This document shows, in pieces, positions 19,006 through 28,422 of a DNA stretch of 64,000 nt (position 1 is its first letter; each line of letters starts with the position of its first letter). The translations under genes and the position numbers were made by a program. The DNA comes from an uncultured bacterium (GTDB taxonomy: Bacteria; UBA8481): assembly GCA_964499705.1 (NCBI GenBank), contig CAZCME010000001.1, positions 8,943-72,942 of the forward strand, in the 5' to 3' direction. Below the pieces are notes generated by a model that saw nothing but the letters and a program-made list of their open reading frames with translations, had not been told where the DNA came from and did no database searches.

Positions 19006-19671
19006 ATGGAAGCCATCACCGCATTTTCGTTCGACGACATGACGCTGCCGGACCAGGGGGGCGAATTCGATCTGGCCCTGCAGAATTACTTCAGCTTCAT
19101 CCGGCGTTTTGGTCTTCGCGATGGATGCGTGGCGCGACAGGTTCATGGCGCGTCGATCATCGAGGCCGCGGGATTGCCGCGAACGCGGCCCATCTTTCCC
19201 GTCGTGTACGGCGAGGCGGATGCGATCTGGACCGCGGAGCCGGATGTCTGGGTCGGCGTTTACACGGCCGACTGCCTGCCGCTGCTTCTGGATGCCGGTG
19301 AGCGAGTCATGGCGGTGCACGCGGGATGGCGGGGGCTCGCGGCGGGAATCATCTCCAACGCGATCGAAGCCGCCGGAGGCGCCTCCAGGGTCAAGAGCGT
19401 GACGCTCGGTCCGGCGGCCGCGGGATGCTGTTATGAAGTCGGCGGCGAGGTGCTCGACGCGATCGACAAGGCGGGAATCGAACCGGTCTCCTCGGGGCGC
19501 AATCTCGATCTGCCCCTGACCGCGGAGCGGCATCTGCGCGCGCTGGGCGTCGGCACGATTCTCCGGAGCGATCCCTTCGGCTGCACCATCTGCGACCGGC
19601 GATTCCGATCGTACCGGCGCGACGGCGACTGCTCAGGCAGGAACCTTTCTGTCATCGCGCTGAAGAACTGA
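19006..19671 (+). CDS. pgeF: peptidoglycan editing factor PgeF / YfiH (Cu-oxidase_4, DUF152)
   Basis: Hallmark motifs ..YTADCLPLLL.. and ..AVHAGWRGLAAGI.. Starts 2 nt after the amidase stop. Confidence 0.8.
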   Translation: MEAITAFSFDDMTLPDQGGEFDLALQNYFSFIRRFGLRDGCVARQVHGASIIEAAGLPRTRPIFPVVYGEADAIWTAEPDVWVGVYTADCLPLLLDAGERVMAVHAGWRGLAAGIISNAIEAAGGASRVKSVTLGPAAAGCCYEVGGEVLDAIDKAGIEPVSSGRNLDLPLTAERHLRALGVGTILRSDPFGCTICDRRFRSYRRDGDCSGRNLSVIALKN

Positions 19672-19673
19672 CC

Positions 19674-20783
19674 TTGCGCGTTCTCATCTCGTGCATCACG
19701 TATCATCCGACCGTCGGCGGCGCGGATGACTTCGTCCGCAGCATCGCGGAGGGTGTCGCCGCGGCGCGCCATGAAGTTCTCGTCGTCGCGTCCGATCTCC
19801 AGCAGCATGTCGCGGGCGTCAAGCTCGCCGACATCCGGCCGCGCAGGATGAACGGCGTGAGGATCGTGCGGTGCCAGAGCCGGAACATGCCGGGGCATGT
19901 CTATCCGGTATGGCCCGGTTTCTTCTCCCATGCGAAATCGTTCAAGCCGGACGTGGTTCATGGTTTCGGCCTCGGATACTGGAGCGCGGATGCCGCGGCG
20001 CGGCTGCGTTCTTCCTGCCCCGTCATCATCTCGCCGACGGGTGGCCGCTATCGATCCGGCCGCCTCTACGGCCTCCTGCGCGCCTCGCTCCTCAAGGATA
20101 CGCTCCAGGCCGATCTCTGGACCGCGCTCTCCCTCGATGAACGCGAGGCGCTTCGCGAAGCGCATCCGGGATCGCCGCGCATCGAGATACTCTCGCCTTC
20201 GATCGTTCCCGCGGAATGGACCCGCGAGCGGCTCGATCCGTTTCCCGATGTGCCTCGGCCGCGCGTCCTGTTCGCCGGGAGATTATCGCGGGACAAGGGT
20301 GTGTTCGACCTGATCGAAGCTGTCGGCCTCGCGCGGCGGACGTGCGAGGCGCGTCTTCTCATCGTCGGTCCCGATTACGGCGCGGGTGAATTGCCCCCGT
20401 CTGACGGCGTGCACTACGCGGGAGAACTGGATCGGGAGAAACTTGTCGCCGCCTATCAGCACTGCGATCTGCTCGTCCTGCCGTCCTACCATGAGGGATT
20501 TGGGATTGTTCTCCTCGAGGCCGGCGCCGCCGGAAAACCGGTGATCGCCTACGACAATTCCTCCATGCCGGAGCTCTGCCGCCACAACGAAAACGGGCTC
20601 CTCGTCGAGACGGGCTCGGTCGAAGCCCTGGGCTCCGCGATCGCCTCGCTTCTCTCCAATCCGTCCCTGGCCGGAAGGATGGGCGCCCGCGGCCGCGAGA
20701 TCGCGTTCCGGGATTATTCGAGGAGCGCGATGGTGGAGCGCGTTCTGGGATATTACAAGGAAGCCCTGGGCCGGATGTCTTGA
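19674..20783 (+). CDS. glycosyltransferase family 4 (GT-B, group 1)
   Basis: C-terminal GT1 signature (..RVLFAGRLSRDKGVFDLIEAV.., ..LLVLPSYHEGFGIVLLEAGAAGKPVIAYD...ELCRHNENGLLVE..). Non-ATG (TTG) start inferred. Confidence 0.75.
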   Translation: MRVLISCITYHPTVGGADDFVRSIAEGVAAARHEVLVVASDLQQHVAGVKLADIRPRRMNGVRIVRCQSRNMPGHVYPVWPGFFSHAKSFKPDVVHGFGLGYWSADAAARLRSSCPVIISPTGGRYRSGRLYGLLRASLLKDTLQADLWTALSLDEREALREAHPGSPRIEILSPSIVPAEWTRERLDPFPDVPRPRVLFAGRLSRDKGVFDLIEAVGLARRTCEARLLIVGPDYGAGELPPSDGVHYAGELDREKLVAAYQHCDLLVLPSYHEGFGIVLLEAGAAGKPVIAYDNSSMPELCRHNENGLLVETGSVEALGSAIASLLSNPSLAGRMGARGREIAFRDYSRSAMVERVLGYYKEALGRMS

Positions 20784-20865
20784 GGCAGGACGAATAAAGA
20801 CCCTGAACGGTGAACGTAAATCGCATTGATTCTCCCGGGGCTCTCACCGATAATCTATCATCACT

Positions 20866-21918
20866 ATGACCGTCATCCGTGCTCATCCGCGGGCGATTCA
20901 CTTCTTCTCGTCCATCATGCTCTCTTCCTCCGAGGCGGAGGTGGCCCGTCGATTCTGGGACCGCGTGGACTCCACGGAGCGGATCGTCATCATGTCCCAT
21001 ATCAGCCCGGACGGAGACGCCATCGGATCCATGCTGGGGCTCTATCACGCCCTGGTTTCCATCGGGAAATCTCCGCATATCGTCTGTCACGATCCCGCTC
21101 CGGCGCATTTCGCCTTTCTCTCCGGAAGCGACCTGATCATCTCCACGCGGCAATACCTCAAGGACCATGAAGCGCCCGATCTCGCGATCGTCCTGGACTG
21201 TTCGCATCCCGCGCGGCTGGGCTCGTCCATGGAGATCGTCGAGGCCGCGGAGCATGTCGCGATCGTGGATCATCACGCCGATCGTGCGTTCCTCGAGGGG
21301 ATCCAGCTGATCGACGAGCGTTCGTCCTCCACCGGCGAACTCCTCTTCAGGCTCCTGAAGCACGGCAACATCACCATCACATCCGAGGCCGCGCTCGCGC
21401 TGTACGTCGCGATCGTGACGGATACGGGTTCGTTCCGGTACGGCAATACGTCCTCCGTCTCCTTCAACGTCGTGGCGGAACTGATGCAGGCGGGAACCAT
21501 CGACGTCCAGAGCGTCGGCTATTCGCTCTTCGCGCGCGACACCTTGAACCGGATGAAGCTCCGCGGCATGGTGCTCGCGCACGCGCGGATCGACCACGAG
21601 ATCATCCATTCGATGATCACGCAGGAGATGATCCGCGCCTCGGAATGCGCGGAACCGGAAGCGGAAGGGATCATCGACGACCTTGCGCTCTGCGGGAACG
21701 CGGAGATTGCCGCGATCTTCTGGGAGCTTGCCGACGGATCGACGCGCGTTCAGCTCCGGTCGATCCGCGCCGGACATGTTCTGGGCATCGCGAGGGCGAT
21801 CGGCGGAGGCGGGCATCATCGAGCGGCGGGAGGACGAATGCCGGGCGTCGCCGTGGACGAAGCGCGCCGCCGTGTATTTGCCGCGGCAGGGGCATCATCC
21901 AGTTCCGCCGGATCATAG
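20866..21918 (+). CDS. nrnA: DHH/DHHA1 phosphoesterase, NrnA-like (oligoribonuclease / pAp phosphatase)
   Basis: Motifs ..IVIMSHISPDGDAIGS.., ..AIVDHH.., ..IVTDTGSFRYGNTS.., and C-terminal GGGH (..ARAIGGGGHHRAAGG..). Confidence 0.75.
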   Translation: MTVIRAHPRAIHFFSSIMLSSSEAEVARRFWDRVDSTERIVIMSHISPDGDAIGSMLGLYHALVSIGKSPHIVCHDPAPAHFAFLSGSDLIISTRQYLKDHEAPDLAIVLDCSHPARLGSSMEIVEAAEHVAIVDHHADRAFLEGIQLIDERSSSTGELLFRLLKHGNITITSEAALALYVAIVTDTGSFRYGNTSSVSFNVVAELMQAGTIDVQSVGYSLFARDTLNRMKLRGMVLAHARIDHEIIHSMITQEMIRASECAEPEAEGIIDDLALCGNAEIAAIFWELADGSTRVQLRSIRAGHVLGIARAIGGGGHHRAAGGRMPGVAVDEARRRVFAAAGASSSSAGS

Positions 21919-21944
21919 GTTCGACCGTGACGTGCCGCGTCGTG

Positions 21945-23339
21945 ATGTTTCTCCTCGGCATCCTCTGCGCCGCGCCTCCCGTTTCTGCGGAACCCGAACC
22001 CGGTTCCTCCCTGAAGATCCTCATTTGTCTCGACGGCGTTCCCCTCGAACTCATCCGAAAACTCCAGGACGAGGGACGCTTCCATTCTTTCCGGCCGCCG
22101 GCGCCGCTGATCAGCACTTTTCCGGCGATCACGGAGATCATGCTGACGGAGCTTTTTGGCGTGGAACCTCCTCCGGGGTACGGACTACGGTATTACGACA
22201 AAGCCGCCAATGAGCTCCGGGGAGGCCTGGGCGATGCTTCCGCGATATCCGTCTGGTTCAAGCTCTACGATTTCGTGACGCCCATGATGGATCGCGGGCT
22301 GACGTACATGTGGGGGCGGTGGAGCGTGCGGGATCTCGATTATCTCCGGAAGCACCTCGCGCGGGCCGACTCCGGGATTCTCCTCATGCATCTCGATTCG
22401 ACCGATGCGTTGATGCACCACGAGCGATCCGCGGTGACGGTGAACTGGCTGAGGAGCCTCGACTCGGCGCTCGTGGAATTTCTGGGGCGGCGGAACGGGC
22501 AGGACGTGGAGATCGTTCTCTTTTCCGATCATGGAAACGACATGCGCGAGACGCGCCGGATCCCGATCGAGGATCACCTGAAGCGATCGGGGTGGAAACC
22601 CGGGTCCGTCATCGACGGTGAGAGCGGGATCGCAATTCTGCCGACGGGGCTCATCAGCACCGGGTATGTATACACCGCGCGCGAAGCCGAGGCCGCGGCC
22701 TCCATCGCGGGGCTGCGCGGCGTGGAGCTTTGCGCGTACGAGGCCGGGGGAATCGCGCACGTTACGGGCAGAAACGGCCACGCGCGCGTCGAGCGGCGCG
22801 GCGATGCGTCGGGCTGGCGATACAGGTATGAAACGGATTCCGGAGATCCGCTCGCGATGGTACCCGTCATCCGGGCGATGAAGGATTCCGGTCTTCTGGA
22901 TGCGGACGGATTTGCCGATGATAGAGAATGGTTCACGGCGACGCTTTCGCACGAGTATCCGGACGCGTTGAACCGCGTGTACGGCGGAGTCACCGGTCAT
23001 GTCAGGAACGTCGGCGACGTGCTGATGTCCCTGGATCCGGGATGGCATTGCGGATCGCGCGTGCTTTCGGCGTTTCTCAACTTCAAGGGGACGCACGGCT
23101 CGTTGCGGAAGGCCTCGATCACCGGCTTCGCGATCTCCAACCGGCGCTCGCTTCGTCCGCTCCGCGCCGAGGAACTCCTCGACGAGCTGGGCTGGCGCAA
23201 TGAGGTCGGCATTGATGCGGCGACCCGAGGAGTAGCAATGCGGGGGACATTGCCTCCTCCCCGCGGCGAGCTGCGCGGCGTGCATGTGCTGGAGCATCGC
23301 GAAGGATGGGACCGCAGAGGCACGGACGCGGTGAACTGA
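21945..23339 (+). CDS. alkaline-phosphatase-superfamily protein (type I phosphodiesterase / nucleotide pyrophosphatase-like), secreted
   Basis: Signal MFLLGILCAAPPVSA. Metal-site-like motifs ..ILICLDGVP.. and ..IVLFSDHGNDM.. typical of the ENPP/AlkP core. Start chosen at ATG 21945; the track ORF from 21645 overlaps nrnA. Confidence 0.5.
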   Translation: MFLLGILCAAPPVSAEPEPGSSLKILICLDGVPLELIRKLQDEGRFHSFRPPAPLISTFPAITEIMLTELFGVEPPPGYGLRYYDKAANELRGGLGDASAISVWFKLYDFVTPMMDRGLTYMWGRWSVRDLDYLRKHLARADSGILLMHLDSTDALMHHERSAVTVNWLRSLDSALVEFLGRRNGQDVEIVLFSDHGNDMRETRRIPIEDHLKRSGWKPGSVIDGESGIAILPTGLISTGYVYTAREAEAAASIAGLRGVELCAYEAGGIAHVTGRNGHARVERRGDASGWRYRYETDSGDPLAMVPVIRAMKDSGLLDADGFADDREWFTATLSHEYPDALNRVYGGVTGHVRNVGDVLMSLDPGWHCGSRVLSAFLNFKGTHGSLRKASITGFAISNRRSLRPLRAEELLDELGWRNEVGIDAATRGVAMRGTLPPPRGELRGVHVLEHREGWDRRGTDAVN

Positions 23340-23356
23340 ACGGCGAAAGGGAGACG

Positions 23357-23800
23357 ATGACGGACGGAGCGGACAAAACGGGCGCGGAAGAAAAGTTCGA
23401 TGCCGCATTCGTGCCGGTGATCGAGGAGGAAAACGGCGTGGAGGAGATGGTCTCCCTGGACCGTTCGTCGTTATCCGTGGAGGATCGCCTGATAACGGCG
23501 GCGCTCGAGACCGAGGAAGTGGAGATCGCGGTCCGGATCGATCCTCGCCTGAAACTGGGAGTCGCTCTCGTGGCGTCTTCCTTCATCATCAGCCTTCTGC
23601 TCGGCCCGATCGTCGCGATCCTCTATGGCACGAAGTGGTTCGCCTACGCCTACGGATGCAGCTGGCTCGTCTTCTTCATCGGCATTGGGATCGGCGGCAG
23701 GCCCGCGAACGAGGCCGTGAAGAATTGGCGCGTCCGCGTGCACAGGACGATCAGCGAGCGGCTCCGCAAGCGCCTGGAGAAAAGGCGTTCGGAATCATGA
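23357..23800 (+). CDS. hypothetical small membrane protein (2 TM)
   Basis: Acidic N-terminal part then two hydrophobic helices (LGVALVASSFIISLLLGPIVAILYG, WLVFFIGIGIGG). No recognisable family. Confidence 0.35.
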   Translation: MTDGADKTGAEEKFDAAFVPVIEEENGVEEMVSLDRSSLSVEDRLITAALETEEVEIAVRIDPRLKLGVALVASSFIISLLLGPIVAILYGTKWFAYAYGCSWLVFFIGIGIGGRPANEAVKNWRVRVHRTISERLRKRLEKRRSES

Positions 23801-24607
23801 CGCCGCGAAATGCTCCGCGCATGCCCGGATAAATCCGGCCGAGCCGCCGATGACGCCTCCGAGCGTGACAGGTCTCGCGGAATTGAAGGGAATCGGCCGG
23901 GCGTTGTGCGTCGTCAACATCCCGCCGGCTGCTTCGAGAATCGCGCCCGCGCCGGCGATGTCCCATTCCGAGCGCGGCTCGATCGTAACGACTCCATCCG
24001 CTTCCCCCGCGGCGACCCTGCAGATCTTGAACGCGATCGAACCGCAGGGATCGAGATCGAATCTCGACTCATGCGGTTTCCACTGGCCGCGCCTGGTTTC
24101 GGACCGCGAGACGAAGATCTTCGGGCGTGCCGCCGGAGACGCCGCCAACGCGATCGGTTGATCGTTCAGGGTGGCCCCGCCGTTTTTCGAACCGCGATAC
24201 AGTAATTTGCGCGTCGGTTGAAAGACGACGCCGGCCACGATTTCCGGTCCGACAGCCAGGCCGATGGACACGACATACTCGGGAACACCGGAAATGAATT
24301 CCTTCGTGCCGTCGATCGGATCGATGATCCAGACGCGCTTCTTCGCCAGACGGTCCGTGGAGTCGGCGGTTTCCTCGGAGAGCCATCCGTCCTCGGGAAA
24401 CTCCCGCGAGAGTATCGCCTGGATCGCATCGTTGGCCTCGATATCGGCCACGGTGACGGGATGCCCCGGAGCCTTCTGGCGAGTATCGAGCTTATCCGTT
24501 CCGAAGTAGCGCTCGGTGATTTCTCCCGCCGCCAGAGCGGCGCGGGTCGCGGCGGCCAGCTCGCTCGAATAGGGGGCCGAACCGTTGCCGGAGATCGCCG
24601 CGGACAA
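23795..24607 (-). CDS. inositol monophosphatase / CysQ-family phosphatase (3'(2'),5'-bisphosphate nucleotidase-like)
   Basis: Motifs ..WLSEE.., ..VWIIDPIDGTKEFI.., ..VVSIGLAVGPEIVAGVVFQP.., ..WDIAGAGAIL... Confidence 0.7.
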   Translation of the reverse strand: MSAAISGNGSAPYSSELAAATRAALAAGEITERYFGTDKLDTRQKAPGHPVTVADIEANDAIQAILSREFPEDGWLSEETADSTDRLAKKRVWIIDPIDGTKEFISGVPEYVVSIGLAVGPEIVAGVVFQPTRKLLYRGSKNGGATLNDQPIALAASPAARPKIFVSRSETRRGQWKPHESRFDLDPCGSIAFKICRVAAGEADGVVTIEPRSEWDIAGAGAILEAAGGMLTTHNARPIPFNSARPVTLGGVIGGSAGFIRACAEHFAAS

Positions 24608-24653
24608 GGAAATTACACCCGTGCGACGTCGCGACAGTGCGATCCTGTCATCA

Positions 24654-25127
24654 TCACATTTTGTATTTCGACATCTCGTCGGGGCTCAGTTGTTCGAGGT
24701 ATTCCTTGTACTGCTCCGCCTGGGCTTCCTTCAGGAATTCCTCGATGTGGCTCGTCTCGTCGCAGACGGCTTTCTCCGCCAGGATGGGCGCGCCGGCCCG
24801 CAGGGCGAGCGCGATGGAGTCGCTGGGGCGGGCGTCGACGGCGACGTTTCTGCCGTCGAGCTCGAGGGCGATCTCCGCGAAGAATGTGCCGTTTTTAACC
24901 TCGTGGATGATGACGTATTTCATGGCGACGCCGAGCTTCTCGATCATGTCGAGCATCAGGTCGTGTGTCATGGGACGGGGGAGCTCCACTTCTTCCAGAG
25001 CCATGATGATCGACGTCGCTTCGTAGGGGCCGATCCAGATCGGGAGCCCGAACTTCTTGTCCTCGCTCTCCAGGATGACGATGGGAGTCTGGTTGCGCGG
25101 ATCGAGAACGACATTGCGGACCGTCAT
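24654..25127 (-). CDS. bifunctional nuclease family protein (DUF151/BFN) with C-terminal UVR-like motif
   Basis: ..IVILESEDKKFGLPIWIGPYEATSI...MTHDLMLDMIEKLG.....IHEVKNGTFFAEIAL....VAVDARPSDSIALALRAGAPI.. matches the BFN family. Start placed at ATG 25127 (MTVRNVVLD); the longer track ORF is probably not translated. Confidence 0.6.
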   Translation of the reverse strand: MTVRNVVLDPRNQTPIVILESEDKKFGLPIWIGPYEATSIIMALEEVELPRPMTHDLMLDMIEKLGVAMKYVIIHEVKNGTFFAEIALELDGRNVAVDARPSDSIALALRAGAPILAEKAVCDETSHIEEFLKEAQAEQYKEYLEQLSPDEMSKYKM

Positions 25128-25173
25128 CGCGATGATGCTGGGATTATCGGGCTCGGCGATCTTCCGGTATTGT

Positions 25174-26658
25174 TCAGCCACGGCCCGGCTTGCCGCTTCG
25201 GCCGTCCGGCGACGCGCGCGGTCCTTCGCCCTTTCCGAGGGGACGGAATTTGAATCCGAGACGCCTGGCGTCCGATGATTCGAGCATGATCTCAACCGCT
25301 TTCCTGTCGTTCTTGATGGACAATTCCGCGACGCCATCGCCCGCCAGGATGACGCCGGCGTGGAGCGTGCCGGCCACCGTCACGAGCGGCTTAAGATCAA
25401 GCGGCTTCACCTTTTTGGCAAGGACTTTCTCTTCCTCTTCCAGGGCGCTGATCCGCTCCTTCAGGCGCGGAAATCCCTCCGCGCTCTTGGCGAGCTGTCC
25501 GATCCTCTCCTTGTTCTTCTCGGGATCTTCGAGCGTGAGGCGGCGCATGTCCTGGAGCGCGCCGCGAAGCGCTTCGGACTGGGCGCGCAGATGAGCGAGC
25601 ACCTCCTCGATCTCCTCGATCCGCTTCTGCGCCTCCGCGCTCTGCCAGTCGCCCAGGAAGACAAGCGTGCGCGGATTGGCTTCCGCGCCCAGGTCGCGGC
25701 AGGACAGGGATTTCAGGAAGGAGATTTCGCCGCCGAGGATGGCGGCGGGAGTGTCTTCGAGCGTGATGCTTCCGCCGGCGCGGATCCTGGAATGATAGAT
25801 ATGTTCCTTCACAAGGACGTCGCCTCCGGCTTCCACGGTGGCATTCTCTATAAAGCGCGCGAAGATATTCTTCGCGGCGGTGATTCTTCCCTTGTTGTGG
25901 CCGCGCACGGCGTGCGCGAACGTGATCGATCCGTTCCGGCTCGTCACTTCGCTTCCTTCGCAATCTCCCTTGATGTGGATGTTTCCGCCCGCCACGACGG
26001 AGAAACCCTCGGCGACGCGGCCGCGGATCTCGCAGTCGCCGATGCAGTTGATGTTGCCCGTGGCGATGTCGACGGAAGAGCCGAGCACGAATGTCGGTTC
26101 GACGTGCAGTTCGAATTTCTTTCCCGCCGCCTGGACGCGCATCAGGTGGCCGTCCATGAGGGAGACGAGCTTGGAGCCGTCGGGAGTCGTGGCCGTGTTC
26201 TTGCCGGCCGGAAGGGGAGGATCGTGAACGGGCTTTGGGGGCACGGGTTGCCCGCGCACGTTCGTGCCGGGCAGCCCCGGCATTGCGGGTTCCTTTTCCG
26301 CCAGAATCTGCCCCTTTACGACGTTGTGGACGAGCTGGAGATCATGGAGGTCGACGCGGCCGTTTTCGAGCTGGCGGGGAGCGCGCGCCGTGGAAGGGTT
26401 TTCGCGGAGCGTGACGATCGCGTCGACGCCGGGCTTCGGAGGAGAACCTTGCGCGATGACGGACCGATGTCCGGAAGCGGCTTCCAGAGCACGCGCGATG
26501 GCCTCGTCATCGATGCCGAAGAGGACTCCCTCTTCCGCCAGCGCTGACTTGATATCCGCGGGCGTGGGTTTCTCGGCAGGATCCTTCCAGAAGACGCGGA
26601 TTGTGGCGGCCATGGCATCCCTGGAGATTTCGACCCGGATATTCTCGGATGGAGTCAT
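25174..26658 (-). CDS. FapA family protein (DUF342; beta-helix + C-terminal coiled coil)
   Basis: Repetitive beta-helix segment (..GSSVDIATGNINCIGDCEIRGRVAEGFSVVAGGNIHIKGDCEGSEVTSRNGSITF..) and C-terminal coiled-coil (..LRAQSEALRGALQDMRRLT..LEEEEKVLAKKVK..). Confidence 0.6.
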   Translation of the reverse strand: MTPSENIRVEISRDAMAATIRVFWKDPAEKPTPADIKSALAEEGVLFGIDDEAIARALEAASGHRSVIAQGSPPKPGVDAIVTLRENPSTARAPRQLENGRVDLHDLQLVHNVVKGQILAEKEPAMPGLPGTNVRGQPVPPKPVHDPPLPAGKNTATTPDGSKLVSLMDGHLMRVQAAGKKFELHVEPTFVLGSSVDIATGNINCIGDCEIRGRVAEGFSVVAGGNIHIKGDCEGSEVTSRNGSITFAHAVRGHNKGRITAAKNIFARFIENATVEAGGDVLVKEHIYHSRIRAGGSITLEDTPAAILGGEISFLKSLSCRDLGAEANPRTLVFLGDWQSAEAQKRIEEIEEVLAHLRAQSEALRGALQDMRRLTLEDPEKNKERIGQLAKSAEGFPRLKERISALEEEEKVLAKKVKPLDLKPLVTVAGTLHAGVILAGDGVAELSIKNDRKAVEIMLESSDARRLGFKFRPLGKGEGPRASPDGRSGKPGRG

Positions 26659-26736
26659 GGGAGAAGTATGAAGGATGAAGGGTGAATTATGAAGGAGGAA
26701 GTGGGGAGGGACGACGATTTCGATTCTTGATGCATT

Positions 26737-26790
26737 ATGAAATCCGAAATCCTAAATGCTTCCTGCGGAGGAAAAATTAGGATTTCGGAT
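26737..26790. terminator. 16-bp perfect stem hairpin (aaatccgaaatcctaa ... ttaggatttcggattt) between FapA-like gene and phosphoglucomutase; probable terminator
   Basis: Read directly from the sequence. Flanked by A/T runs on both sides. Located just downstream of the minus-strand pgm stop. Confidence 0.5.
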
Positions 26791-26802
26791 TTATTTTTCG
26801 TC

Positions 26803-28242
26803 TTATCCGTTCAGGAGATCCCGTCCTGCCTGCTCCAGGGCGGGCAGGCGATCCGGTGGCCCTTCGACGTAGATGCGGACGACGGGCTCCGTGCCGGAGA
26901 AGCGGGCCATGATCCAGGAGCCGTCATCGAGGAGGAACTTGGATCCGTCGATCTCGATTTTCCGGACGACGTTCCGACCCGCCAGCATCGCGGGTTTCGC
27001 GGCGGCGCGATCGAGGAGCTTCTGGCGATCCTCGGGTTTGTAATGGAGATTGATGCGATTGGACGCGATGTCTCCGGCGCGGCGCTTCAGGTCCGCGAGA
27101 ATTTCGCCGAGCGGCTTGCTACGACGGGCGACCATTTCGGCGACGAGGAGACACGCGAGGATTCCGTCTTTCTCGGGAACATGTCCGCGGATGGTGAGTC
27201 CTCCGGATTCTTCGCCGCCGATGACGAACGTGGGATCCTTGGCCATCTCCGCCGCGATCCACTTGAAACCGACCGGGACTTCGACGATGGAGCAACCATG
27301 CAGCTTCGCGACGGCGTCGACGAAATGGCTTGTGGCGACCGTCCTGACGACGGTGCCCTTCCACCCCCGGCTCTCCACCAGGTGATCAAGCAGCATCGCG
27401 AGGATCTCGTTGGCGTTGGGGGCGACGACAGGCTTGCCGGAGCCGACGGGCGCGAAGACGCCGAAGCGGTCGGCGTCTCCGTCGGTCGCCAGCCCCAGGT
27501 TGAAGCCTCCTTCGTCCAGCCGGGCGAGGAAATCGCCGACGTACGCGGGCGCGGGTTCCGGAGGCTTCCCTCCGAATCGCGCGTCGGGCTTGTCGTTCAT
27601 CACTTCGATCGGGCAGCCGGCTTCGGTAAGCAGCGCGTCGAGATAACCCCGGGACGTGCCGAACATGCAGTTGCAGAGGATCCTGAATCCGGATTTGCGG
27701 ATCGATTCGAGATCGACGATCTCACGAATTCGTTTCTTGTATTCGGAACAGGGGTTGATGCGATCGGCGGGAGCATCGCCCATGGGAATCGGCTGGCGCG
27801 CGATCTGCAATTCCATGATCCGGTGTTCCAGGGATTTCGTCAGTTCCTTGGATGCAGGCCCTCCGTTGGCGGGGGAGAATTTGATGCCTTGATATTCCGC
27901 GGGGTTGTGGCTTGCCGTGAAATTGATGCCGCCGGCCGCCTTGCCGCGGATGATCTCCCAGGCCACAACGGGCGTCGGGCAGTCGCGGTCGGTCAGGAGC
28001 GGCCGGACGCCCGCGGCGGCGAGGACGCGGGCGGCCTGGAGCGCGAACGTTTCGCCGAGAAAGCGTGTATCGTGGGAGACGACGACGCCCTTCTCGCCGT
28101 CGCCGTTCGCGTTGACCTCGTCCGCGATGGCGCGGACGACGAACCGGGCGTTCTCGAACGTGAATTCGTCCGCCAGGATGGCGCGCCATCCGGAAGTGCC
28201 GAAGGTGATGGGAGTGAGCGTGATGGTGGAATTCTGAGACAT
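26803..28242 (-). CDS. phosphoglucomutase/phosphomannomutase family protein
   Basis: Active-site region ..GINFTASHNPAEYQGIKFSP.. N-terminal ..ITFGTSGWRA.. Metal-binding ..GLATDGDADRFGV.. Confidence 0.85.
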   Translation of the reverse strand: MSQNSTITLTPITFGTSGWRAILADEFTFENARFVVRAIADEVNANGDGEKGVVVSHDTRFLGETFALQAARVLAAAGVRPLLTDRDCPTPVVAWEIIRGKAAGGINFTASHNPAEYQGIKFSPANGGPASKELTKSLEHRIMELQIARQPIPMGDAPADRINPCSEYKKRIREIVDLESIRKSGFRILCNCMFGTSRGYLDALLTEAGCPIEVMNDKPDARFGGKPPEPAPAYVGDFLARLDEGGFNLGLATDGDADRFGVFAPVGSGKPVVAPNANEILAMLLDHLVESRGWKGTVVRTVATSHFVDAVAKLHGCSIVEVPVGFKWIAAEMAKDPTFVIGGEESGGLTIRGHVPEKDGILACLLVAEMVARRSKPLGEILADLKRRAGDIASNRINLHYKPEDRQKLLDRAAAKPAMLAGRNVVRKIEIDGSKFLLDDGSWIMARFSGTEPVVRIYVEGPPDRLPALEQAGRDLLNG

Positions 28243-28295
28243 GGGAACCTCGATCGATTTCTGATTTCAAATTCTCACACGACTGATGTGAAACG

Positions 28296-28345
28296 CGCAC
28301 ATCATAAATCTGAAATCCTGAATCTGAAATCATAAATCTGAAATC
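28296..28345. repeat. three tandem degenerate ~14-bp repeats (ataaatctgaaatc / ctgaatctgaaatc / ataaatctgaaatc) sharing the core AAATC(Y)GAAATC with the 26737..26790 hairpin
   Basis: Read directly from the sequence, in the divergent promoter region between pgm (-) and the lptE-like gene (+). Confidence 0.5.
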
Positions 28346-28422
28346 GCTCTCCTTATCCACAGGGCGACGAATCGACCGCCGCCGCGATAGACAGGCCGAT
28401 TTTCATGAAGTAATTTACTTTC

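Noticed and set aside
21645-21944. 5' extension of the AlkP-family ORF (track start 21645) and the overlapping ORF 20826..21170
   Set aside because: The extension overlaps nrnA in another frame and is Arg-rich. The signal-peptide Met at 21945 gives a sensible secreted protein.
17418-28335. Assorted long antisense ORFs (17418..18725 -, 19431..20165 -, 20359..21819 -, 22185..23408 -, 25360..26547 +, 26737..28335 +, 29142..30089 -, 30349..31602 -)
   Set aside because: Each is opposite a gene with strong family-level motifs (amidase, GT4, NrnA, AlkP-like, FapA, PGM, HolA, LacI) and has R/G/D-rich low-complexity translation.
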